Shown piece after piece: positions 38,862 to 51,100 of a stretch of DNA of 64,000 nucleotides; position 1 is the first letter of the stretch, and the number at the start of each line of letters is the position of its first letter. The stretch covers positions 37,882,001-37,946,000 of the forward strand of contig OZ004608.1 in assembly GCA_963924565.1 (NCBI GenBank). Reading direction: 5' to 3'. The notes under the pieces are model-generated. The model made no database searches and was not told the origin of the DNA. It saw nothing but the letters and a program-made list of their open reading frames with translations. Made by a program: the position numbers and the translations under genes. Source of the stretch: Ascidiella aspersa. Taxonomy: Eukaryota.

Positions 38862-41032
38862 GTGACCTTTTGTTAAATATTGTAAGAATTAATGACGTGA
38901 ATGACGTAAATCCTTTTTTGTTCACAGATATTTTGCTAACTGATTCTCGTCTATAAATAGCGTGCTCAATCAATACACAATGGCTTTTACTCAGACAACA
39001 AACTCGAGTGCTTTTGTGACTGAAGCAGATAGGGGATATTCAATTCGTTATTATGAAGATCAGTATCGAATAGAGTCTTGTCTGTTACTCAAGGAACCAA
39101 TTGGAGTGCTTGTATGTTATATCAACTACATCCACAAATCTTTACCAAGTGTACAGCAAAGAATACAAGGATTAACAATGTAAAGCATTCCAGCACTTGT
39201 CCTAATAAACGCGGCTATTGTGACCTCACAAAAGGCCATGTCACGGTTTGCTGAGTGGCTATCAGCTTATATTTAAAGGAAATTAATCGAATCTTAATTT
39301 ATAACCTTCAACCTTTTTGAGTAAAGTGCATTAAAGTCGCCATTTTCTAAGGTCTTGACTTGCAAATTAAGCGTTGTAAGTGACTAAAATTTTGTTAAAG
39401 TTGGTTTATTTATTTAATTGTTGCACTTCAAACACTTTTTGCTTCACATAAAAAAAAACGGGTAATGGCAGTGTTAGTTGCTTTATTCATGTTTTACTAT
39501 CTGTTTGTAGACTATTAAAAAAAGCCTCTTTCAAACGAGTTCTTAAATTTAACAATAACTTCAAATTTGAAATATTGAAATTGAATATTGCACAAGCGAG
39601 TAACAACAAGTACAACATCTTAGCTAATAAGAGAAACACAGTGGTAGGTCTTTCAAATAAATATACAATACCGGTACATTAAAATAACGTTAGACAAAGT
39701 AAACTCAATAAACGTTTACAAAAACGATAGTAATTAATTATTTTTAACAATGGAAAATATCCATATGAAGCACTATGTATAGGAAGATGACATATACAAA
39801 GGAAAGGTAGTGGCTTCCGATTCCGAATAAATATAACATTTCTTTGAAATGGTTTATTATATTTACTATTTTTGTTTTGCAATGCCCTTAGTCCTGGCCC
39901 AGTTTCACAAACAGTGATTTCGACATGTACCCAAGAAAAGCCACCTTTACCAAACAAAATAAAATAAAAGCAACATAATACTTAAACTTTACCCTTATAT
40001 AAAGATCGTTTTTATTGATTGATAACAATAAATAATTATTCAACATCATCTTGATAAAGACGCATTGATACGCACTTGCATCACCAGGTAATGTAATTGA
40101 AATCTATTCAAACCACATTTATAAAAAATAAATTAATTAATTCAGCGAAAAATGTCAAACCATGCATGCCAAACGAATTTATACAATATTAAAATTAACA
40201 CTACAGACATACATTACAACATAACAAACCTAATAAAACCTCGTAATCATAATAATTACAAATGTAAGTCGAAAATTAAAATCTAAAAGGTAAATTGATT
40301 TATACAATATCTTACACTCGCAACAAATTAAAAGTTCATTATTTGAGAAACAAGAAACTAAATCGTTTTAGGAAAAAAATGAATAACAGTTTACAATAAA
40401 ATCCATAATTATCTGGAAATCGTGGGGCACTCTCAAAGGAATTAGGTAAATACTCTACGAACAAGGATTAGTAATGATTAGGATGATTATTGTTTACCTA
40501 AAAAATGATAAATTTGACGAATAACATTGAAATATTAAAAAATAATTTTGACAAAAATTTGATATGTTGAGAATACACTGGTTTTATCAACGCATTGTTG
40601 TATAAAGTACTGTATTGGTGTCTTGGCGTCTTTTTTGGTCTTACTGGCGATCGATGGAACAAAAATCTGTAATTTTGAACCAAAGTCAACCATTAGTTCA
40701 GGGTATGTAAAACTCTTAAAAATATTTGATATTTTTGGCATATCACGAGGACAAACAACAAACAATTATCGAAGACCTAGCATATAATCGAAATAGGAAA
40801 TTAGATAAAATAACCCCCCGAAGCAAGACCGCGCAAATACAATAGGCATGCTCGCGTCTCAAACGAAGATATATTTTAGTTAAATTGTTGTTGGATGTAA
40901 TTCAAAGTTTGTTTTTATAAACAAAAATGAAAAGCACTAACGATCTCGAATTGAAATAAATTTGACAAATTTCGACTTGACGTGTAAATTTTGTCAAAAA
41001 ATAACAATCGCCCTATAGTTGTGATATAAGTC

Positions 41033-44000
41033 TTATTCGGAAATATAGCTAGGAACAAATTTCCAGTAGTCTGAAAGTTGGTAGCTTGCAGTAACAATCC
41101 TCCACTTTTCATCTGCGAAGTTGTAAGCCTTGATGTAAACAACGGTTTCACTTTCGCAACTTTTAGAATTATCGTCAGATTCGTCGCTTAGTGAACCAAT
41201 GTCACCTTCACCATCGCTCTCATCGTTGCCGTCGTTGGGTATCCTGGTATAAAGCGGAAAAAATCATGGAAAAAGTAGAAAAACCTATGGCAGCGATTCT
41301 GAAACTGTGTGTTGCGAAACATTTGTAATTTGAAAAATGTATTTTTTGCCTTCCAAATGCAAGCATGCTAGACTTGAATGCATATTGCATACCATCCATA
41401 ACTATTATTACTAACTTTTGGCATGGCGTGTATTAGGTGCGATTGTCAGGTTAATATAATACTGTTTTGCAAAAGTGTACCGTAGATATCAATAATAATA
41501 TGTCACAAAAAGTATATTTAAGTAGATATTCGCCGAACTCTAAATAATCCATAACTTGAGCTATTTAAACAACATTGGCAGATATAAACTGCTTTTTGAA
41601 AAAGTAAACATTGCATTATATATAAAAATAAACAACTTTTACTTGCCAAAAAAATCCACAACCTTTGAGTAAATATGGCACCATGCAATGATTCTCTTAT
41701 TATGCTAAGATACGTAATTTATTATTTTATTAAAAAGTTAGGCTTTGTTTAGGTATTAAAACTGCTGGATCATTAACAAATGGATGAAATGCCCAAGTCA
41801 GCCTGGTTTAGGATCGGCACCGATGAAACTCTAGTATCGGAACAATAGCGAGTATCGGGTAACTACTTCGATCCTATAATATCCGACAGCCCAAATTAAT
41901 ACCGCTGAAGTACCTTGTTTTTTCAATGAATATAGCTTTTTAGACAATATTTAAAAAAGCCTGACTAGAAAACGGCAACAAATAAAGAGTTGTTATTACC
42001 CTGTGACTGCGACAACAATCTCTCCGTGAGCAGCACAAGCGTCGCGAAAAGACTCAACATTTCCAGTCTCACTCACAACTTCTGCTTTCCCGGATTCAAG
42101 ATTGTAAGTTTTCAAAACAAGGTTGAAGCCCCGATCTAATAAAAGTTGAAAAATTATATTGGAATATACTTCGGATCCATACCTGTGACTCGTGTAACAA
42201 ATAGCTGATTTATTAATCTTAGCAAAAATATATAGTTTTTAACAAAAACACCCAAGTTGCATAAAACAACGGCAGGTGTTCCTAATTTCAAGGGTGCGAT
42301 TTTCAAAGGCTGAAATAACTTTTGCTGCCTAGTTAAAAGTTGTTTACCTGCAATGGCATGACTTAAAACAATGGAATGGCAAACTTCCGTGTTAATGCAA
42401 CTTTAATTCAACGTGTGAAACAACTGTTAAAACATGCTTCATATCGTCAATAAGCAAAAATGACCATTGACCACACAGCACAACAGAAAAAACGGTGAAA
42501 AAATACATGCTTTAATCGTATTTCTGCTTTCGACCGAAATTTAACTTGTTGTCAAACCCACCTTTGCAAAGCACGTAGAACTGATCATCCATAACCAAAA
42601 GCTTTACGCAACCAACTGGTAGTTCGGGCATCAATGTTGATGCTTCGGCGTAATGGTCGTACTTTTCACAGGTAAGACCCCTGTATTCTAGTGCGTACAA
42701 CATGCCTGTAAAATTGTATATGACAAGAATGTGATTAATTACAAGTTGAGGTTGGATTATAAAACTAATCAAGTCACCGTTGTAGGACGTGAGGTCGCTG
42801 GAACCTTCTCGACAAAGTTTCATTTCTTTCCATTTACTGGCGATGTTGTTTTCTTCAACATCATAATATTCAGGCGCCAGCCAAAGATTGTGATCTACGT
42901 ACCCTCCAAATACAAACATTAGGTCTGGGAAAAAATATACTATTAACTAATACCTAGAATTTACGTTTTGTAATGTTGTTCATAAATAACCTGCTGTTTC
43001 TAAGTTATTAAGGTCAGTATATTCCGCAAACAAAGCGATTTCCATTAAGTAAATTTTCGTAACAAAATTAATCTTCCCCCCAAAATACCGAAACAAACAA
43101 ACCTGGTTAGGCATGATTAAGTTTTCAAGTGTTTCAAAGCCATATATTGCCAAAATAAAATTGAAATATTTGAAATACGAGTATGACAAGTATAATTAGG
43201 CACCGTCCAAAACTATAACTCCTGCATTCCGACGTTTTCTGTTCATTGAGGGTTGGTTTTCCCAACATTTCGCAAGGTGTTTTACGTCTAATTTCATCAC
43301 TGAGTTAGATAACCTTCCATCAATTAAACCACCAATCATGTACAAGAAGTTGTTGTACTTGACAAAACTGGCATCTTCTCTTGGTTGGCTTAGCGTCTGA
43401 AAAAAGTAAATTATCATAGCTAAACAACCAAAGCAACCCAAACAGAAACCAAAACATACTGCAACTTTTTCCACCGCAGAAGCAACATCCAAAATCGTAA
43501 AAGTTGTTGAGTTCTTGTTCATTATCGAAATACTGTGATTTTCACCTTTCCATAAATGATTAAAGTTAACAACTCTTGTCCACATACAGTATGTAACAAA
43601 GCGTTTGCTTGGGTAAAATATATCTAATTTAAAGTATACCTGACAAAAAGGCCACATACCTAAGTTTTCCCCTTATTCGACATACCGGTATAGCTATTTA
43701 TAAAGATGTTTTGGACAATAAAGGCCTTAAGCTCCACAGCTGCATTGCGGTAAAAAAAACATGTTAAACTTTGCGCAAAGCGCAAAACAGCATATAGTGC
43801 ATTTATCTTTCAAAACTAAAAAAAATTTGGAAAGGTGTTAGTCATAAAACAATGGACATATAAGACGTTCTAAAAATCATTCTTGTTCATTATCGAAATA
43901 CTGTGTTTGTCACCTATACATAAATGGTTTAAGTTAAAAGTAAATCCAATAATTTATTTAGCTCTAATAGTGTTTAAATGCTGCTGCGTTATTATAAAAA

Positions 44001-47000
44001 TCTAAATCAAACAAGTGTTGGTCTGCAATGGCGAATCCACGACTTTTGGGGGGAGGAAGGGCTTGAGAATTTTTACAGATGACGTCACGATTTAAGTCAT
44101 ATAATGACGTCATAGGCTGCGTTTGTTTGGTTGAAGTTTGTAAAATTTGTAAGTTAGAAGTATACTTGACGGATGGGGCTCATACCAAAATTTTCACATA
44201 TTCCATCAAATTTGCAAAGGTGTTTAAACGTCGAAACAACATATTTTATTACAGACTTTTTTGTTTGACTTGTAACGTATCTAACTAAAAAAAACTTAAA
44301 AGCACTTACGGGGCCCGTAGATATGCTTTAATTGTTTTGCCACCTCCTGCAAACATTCCAGAAACTCGTTTACAAGGTCCTTAAAACAAACAAAGAAATA
44401 TAACGTTGTCGTGTTTACACAAAGCTGAGATGTCTTTTAATGTTTTTTTTTCAGGCGCTTAAGGCTTAAAAAACATGGGCCGGGAATTATAAAGAAATTC
44501 CAAAACAGCAAAACTCTTGTTGGTGTTCTTTTTTAAAGGCTTTACGGCATTGTATAGCCGACCACAGGCGCCAAGCATTTAAAATTTATGGGCGTTTTTT
44601 TACCCAGTGCAAAAACGATTAATTGTTAGGCACATAAATACTAATATGCTAACTAGGACAGAAACAAACCATTTAACATAGTGTAAATTTTTTACAGCGA
44701 CTTTGGAAATTGACAATCGAAAAAAATGCATTTACATCAATCTAAAAGATATCTATGGCCTGCCAACGTGGTAATTCAGGAAAAGTTTTGACACTTTTGG
44801 TGAAACTAAACTGAGCTACACGATTTAATTTGCAGACTATTTGCGCGCGGAACTTGATCAGATTCAAGGGCGTTTTAACACTCAGTTAGAAATTCAGAGC
44901 GTCTAAAAACGCTCTGCACATGCTGATGGCATTTACCTACCTCAGTAGCAACACAGTATGCAAGAAATTCATGGCCAATCTCATACAAATCAATCAATTT
45001 GAAAAGTTGTGGAAACAAATGTTTTCTTTCTTCCAAATCGTGTTTGACCCAAGCCACTGTGAATTGAAAAGCCGCTTTTTCGCCATTAGACTGCAAGAAA
45101 ATGCGATGCTTTCATGTAGGAAAACAAGTATTGTTAGGTAAATCTTTACTGACAAATGTACATTATACACCAAGGATTTTTAAGTTGTATACCTCTCGCA
45201 ATAACTGCTGTTTTTTTTTAATGTAGGAATAACCTATTCTTGTTACAAATAGGCAAGCTTACAAGACTAAATGTTCACTATAGTATATACCAGTGGTTCT
45301 CAACCATTTTCTTTCGTGGCCCATTCTCGTTGCACAAAAATTCAGTGGCCTAATAAATGTTGATGAAAAAAACAACTATAAAATAGGTTTTGAACAAAAA
45401 ATAGCAGAACATGTTTCAAAATAGATTATTTCTTTAACCGTGGATTAGTGAGATACTAGCTGCTGAACAATAAATTTATATTCCTTCTAAATTCCTTCCC
45501 AAGACATTATTTCTGTAAAATTTAGTGTAGTGACACAAATAAAACTTAATTCTTCATTAAATCTAGCTTTATAAAATTGGTCTGTGACCCACTCAAAATG
45601 TTCCCATGGCCCACTAGTGAGCCATGGCCCACTGGTTAAGAACCGCTGCTATATACATTATCAGTTCTTCTCAATTCGTTTTCGTTTGTAGACCACGTCT
45701 ACTATTATTAGAACAACATGTGATGCGAAAATAAATTGAACCTAACTGGTAATAATTGCTCTAATGATCAATAATGGTGTTATGAATGTTTTTAAACATT
45801 ATTTGTCGCTCAGCAAGAAATTTAACATCTTTATAGTATAAGTATGTGCACCCCTTTAATAGATCACCTTTCTTAGTGGTTCTTATGGGTATAGGTAACT
45901 CTGGATTCTTATAAATCGTATCTACCTGTTGCCTTGTCGTTTATAAAAGGTAATGTCAGTGTTTCGTAGAAAGTGTGCCTTGCATTTATTTCATTTTCTA
46001 AGTATGCTTTACGCTCAAAAAAGTGCTAGAAACACTGTTCTAAATATTTACGTCTTCCGGTTTTGCTTCCAGTAAAGCCTTGATTGATGTTAAATCCATT
46101 GAATAGAATTCCTCAAAGTCGGTAAGCTCACTATAGTTTTCCGTGATTAAGTTTTGAGCTGGTGTTCTCAAGTTTTCCAAGTCAAGTCTTTTTGCTATTT
46201 TCCAAAGTCCAATAGCGTTTTCGCTAGTCAGAGTTTTCAAAAGAAAGTCGCAACAAAAATCAAGCAATTCTACAAAAAAGAAATATACATAAACGTCTAT
46301 TACAAAATTCAAACTAATAGTAGGTGTCGACCAACAGCTTGTATAGGTATGGTAAGATTAATCCCGGACAGAACAAAGGCTATACAGTAAAATATATTAG
46401 GTACTAACTGATTATCACATTTGGAAGAATTGCTCGGTATGGACGCATTGTGAGAATACCTATAGACCAGGGGTGGACAACCTATTTAACACAAGGGCCA
46501 GTTAGGAAATGTAATGCTTACAAGAGACCCGCACATTAAATAAACACTAATTCATATTTTCAGCTTTTACTAGTAAAAACTAATGAGCGACTATGCTGCA
46601 ATGCAACTACGGCGTTTTGTCAGTGCTGTCTACTTTCAGATTCGGAAATAACTTTTCCAACAATTCCAATGACGCCTTTCTCGTACGGATGGCTCAGTAC
46701 AATTTAATTAGCAGCCTTAATTCAAAACAAGCTGTTTAACATAACATCTCAGTCAATATGCGTGTCAAAAGTCTGTTACGCCTTGACCGTACTAGACAAG
46801 TGTAACTGTTGCAAAACAAGTCTTTATCATAACAACGAAAGCTTTATGAATGAGGATTGTTTTGTAATAGATGCTTCCCATTCGAGTTCAACTGCATTTG
46901 TGTAGCAGTGTAGCCTATGGGTTTCATCGCGCTTCAAACAGAAAACTGATAAAGCAAAAGCCCCAACATGGTGCACACTCATAGCCTTATTTAGGGAAAA

Positions 47001-48135
47001 TTAGCTGGAAGAAGGTGAAGGGCCGAATGCCGCCCGCGGGCCGCACGTTGCCCGCCCCTGCTATTGACATATGTTAGGAATTTGGACATATAATTTTGAT
47101 TAGGTTTTTGATTTACTATTGGCTTTTCGGTAATGTGAAAACATAGCTGTAAGAAACAGTGGTTCTTACCTTTGATCAGAAAGTAATGCGCTGCATTCAG
47201 TAGTTCAAAGATCGTTTCTGTTGTGAGATTGATTTCTCCACTGTAAGTATAATCCAGTATTTTTTGTAATGTTACTGAGTTGGTGGCCTTTATTTCAATT
47301 TCTGCTTGGTATTTTTCTTGCATCTATGATTCAAAAAAACAGTTATTATGCATTATATAAGTCGCGGATTTACAATGCATATACAGTGAATGTACAGCAG
47401 AGGTGACATAAAATATTACCCAGAGGTGTCATACTAGCGGGCATCAGGAACAAACTATATTGATATGTGCTATTACCAATTAACTGTTAACAAATGAAAC
47501 CTAAATATTTCATATAAATTTGGCAAGTTTCGTGTTTAAAAATGAGAATATCGGTCTAAACCTGGTGTGTCAAACTTTTGGCCTTCGGGACGTAAGTCGC
47601 CCTTCACAGACACACATACGACCCGCGTAATATTTCCAATAGTTTTTCCCTAGCGGCACATATTACTTACTAAATTAGGTTTAAAATTAAGTCTGAATTG
47701 TTGAGATTGGCAAAAACAATTTGCATTTTATTATTTTAAACCAGTCCAGAAAGTCCCGAAAATGGTTTGAGAAAACAGGCCGCGGGCCGGATTAAATTGC
47801 TAGGCGGGCCGCGAGCCAGAGTTGCCCAGGTCTGATATACAGGTTAAGTATAAAAACAACGGATTACCTCAGTGTAAAAAAGTTTTTCAAAGTAATCTGA
47901 CACATTGGAAAGAATACTTTTGTGAGCTGGAAATATCTTTCCGTCGCATTTCAGCTGAATGTCACATGTTTTGTCTCCATTTAGTCTTTGGCTGGAAGTG
48001 AAGTAATTATTATAAACAATAATATACATTAAAAACAAACTCGCAATAAAGTGAACTAAAAACTTACGCGTTTAATTTGTTAAGGATTAAAGAAGCATGA
48101 TGAGAAACACAGTAGCTTCCTGTATTTCCATCCAT
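41033..48135 (-). CDS. BTB-BACK-Kelch (kelch-like) protein B, 12 exons, 566 aa, paralog of gene A
   Basis: Exons 48068-48135, 47868-47991, 47170-47323, 46052-46269, 44941-45090, 44310-44379, 43460-43545, 43204-43396, 42778-42924, 42562-42705, 42000-42135, 41033-41243. All GT-AG, 1701 nt, same intron phases as gene A; exons 2-6 and 11 have identical lengths. Confidence 0.9.
45291..45648. mobile_element. hAT/Charlie-like MITE in gene B intron 4
   Basis: TIR CAGTGGTTCTCAACCA / TGGTTAAGAACCGCTG; TSD GTATATAC/CTATATAC (7/8). Confidence 0.85.
46468..47060. mobile_element. hAT-type MITE in gene B intron 3
   Basis: TIR CAGGGGTGGACAAC / GTTGCCCGCCCCTG; TSD CTATAGAC/CTATTGAC (7/8). Confidence 0.85.
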
Positions 48136-51100
48136 AGCAAGCACCACTAGCAGCAAGTAAAGTCACAATTTTGAAAAAAATCCAAATCCTAGCTCAGTAA
48201 TACCTTATTTGAAATAATTAACCCATATTTTTGTTCTTTACAATTTAGATATCACCATCAATTACAAACTATTTGAAACAATGGGCTATACTGTCAAGGG
48301 TTTTCGTATCAAAAACGAGTAAAAATTTCACCAATAGATAATGATATAAAAAACAATTAATAAATAGGCATAGGTGTAAAATTTAGTAAAAAATATTTTT
48401 TACGTTTCGTGCGGAGAACCGCAGGTTTCTCAAAAATTTAGGACGTTTCGAGACTTTGTTATGGTCAAAACAATATTCCTTTTGTGTCAGGGATTGTGTG
48501 TTACCTAAACATGACAATTACAATTATCAGTGGAGCTGTTTTTTTGACTATTAATGCCTGGTAACAACAGTTTATAATAGCAACCCTATAGCCAAGAGTA
48601 AACAAACAAAACATACCGACAGTGAAATTCATTACCTAGGCTACGTGAAGGTCAGTATCGAAGCAAGTCGAGAACCAACCATATCAAAACGTACTCAAAA
48701 TATACTTCAAAAACGTACAAATGACAGATTGGGAATACAACAAGACTTATACAAAAAAACAATGGATTTCAACACACACTGAACATTTACAGTTATAACT
48801 TGCTTAGAACAACTGCATAGCGGCTTCAGACAATTTAAGTAAATGACTATCTGAAATGTATCCCATTTCCTTTGCTAGACAACACAGGTTTAAACCGATG
48901 CGTTTGCTGATCAAACAATGATGGGGCGCCCGAATGCGAGGTTTAATATTTAACCCTAACATTTTTGCCAGGGGCGAGTAGTTATTGTTTATACAGTGAA
49001 ACACATCCTATTATGGCTTGGAGGACTGCGTAAAAATGAACATAAAATAATGTAGGACATTTTGTAACATAACGATGTAAAAAGCACTCCTTAGAGTTAG
49101 ACAGTAGGCTTCGTTTAGTTCTCAAAATGACTGCCTCGGGAATTGCTGTTGCAAATTGGTTTTAACTATATTTGCCTTCCAAAAAATTAGCTAATGATCA
49201 AATTATGTACAACTACATTTTTGTGAAGTATTTTCATTGACAACTTCTCAAAACAGTTAGGCCTCTGAAACATTATTGACCTCTTCTGCAACATCTTCGG
49301 TTGAACAGATAATAAATCATTCATTTTTGATCAGATGTTTTCGTTTAGTTTCCCAAATTTTGGACTTGCAACTTTTTGGGATTTAAATGAAACACTTGCG
49401 GTCACCCATACAAAACCTTAAAAAAAGCCCTGTTCCTAACTGTTACGGACAAAATAACAATATTTATATAAGTTTTCTATTCTTCTTTTTTTTTTACTTG
49501 ATGTTTTATGGAATATGAGCCCGAGCCGTATTTTTCCCTGGTCCGTTGTATCCAGTGAAACGTGGCTGAAGCAGACTCACGTAAATAGCGTGGCCCAAAT
49601 AGCAGGGACACACTTAATGATAAAATCAACTTTAAACATGGCGAGCATGAAAAGGTTGTTTTTTTCAAGTTTTCACCCGGATAGTGTTTATTTGAAGTCA
49701 TGCAAATAGATTATATTCCAAAACAAACAAAGGTTTTACGGCATACTTTACGTTGTCAAAATTTTATAGACTCTTGTCGCAAAACTTAGTTTAACAACCT
49801 TCATATAATCTACAATTCATTTTAATCAAAAATATTAGTTTTAAATCCTAACCCTGGCCAGGCCGCAGTAAGTTAATCAAATCATTAAGGGGTTACGGTA
49901 ACGTTAGCAATGAAAGTTCTGCTTGGGTGGCAGACAATCAGCTGATAAGGAGAAATAATAATAGTTTACAACGTTTTTAATCTCCTCCACAACTGATTCA
50001 ATAGGTTACCGATTGCGGCTTAAAATGCTTACATGTAGTTTAGAAGTTATAATAGGAGTTGGAAGACTTTATTCCCATGAAAATTTTTTTCAGCCAACAA
50101 ATGTTGATGCGGTTAACTTTATTAGGATTGCGATCACAGAGAGAGAAAAAATAACGTGAAAGGTAAATTGGCGACATGTAGAGGCTGCAACAATAAAAAC
50201 GCTTCCATTTACGATTCATAAGGTGTGGATTAACGGAAACGTTTTAGAGTTGTTCACCCTGAAATGGAGGTTTAAGTAAAGTTCGTATGGAACAAATATT
50301 GTACACAAGAGGTAAAAGCTCACGAAATAGAAATAAGCATTGAAAAGAAAATGGCGAGACAAAATAAATAATCCGTATACAAACATTTTAGTTTAACCGA
50401 ATGTCGAAAGATGTAACATGTAGTTTTATAAACACTGGCAGTAGGTGTACAAACTATCGACATTGTTTGACAATCTACTAAAAGGTAAACGTGAATAACA
50501 TGAAGCAACAATATTGGCTAAACAGCACTGCAGAGAAAGTGAAAACGGTTACATTGCCGCGAAATTGATATAAATAAAAAAGGTAATTCGGCGCAATGGG
50601 AAGAAAACATAGAGCTCGGTTAAAAAAAGGAATCCTTTTTGTCATTGTGTAATGAACAATATAATCAGTACAGTATTATTCACTTTAAAGGTGATTTGAA
50701 CAACAGGACGTCTAAAGAACAGTTCATAAAGTTTGTTAACGTCTTGCCTTCCGTGAGTATAGCAGATGCACATAAACAGATTACGCGATGGAAGGGACAG
50801 CTTCGATCAAAAAAGCAAACAATATTTTAAAAGTTTTAGTTTATTAAACTGTTGTAATGTTAAGCTGTTTCAGGCACACTTAACTTTGTTTTTTATACTG
50901 TTCGTAAGACTCTCTGCCCATAGCAAACAAAGATTTATGGTTGCAACATTTCCTATTGTTCCATGGAAAGAAAAATACCCGTGCGAAACCTATAAAGTTG
51001 TAAATGGGTCAAACGTTACTGTGTTGTCATTCTGTAAACGTTCCAAATTAGATATTAAATACACTGATTCAATTTGGGGTTTCAGCTAGTAACGTTTAAC

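Noticed and set aside
47560-47834. Another hAT MITE in gene B intron 2
   Set aside because: The ends look hAT-like but do not match each other well and there is no TSD, so boundaries cannot be supported.
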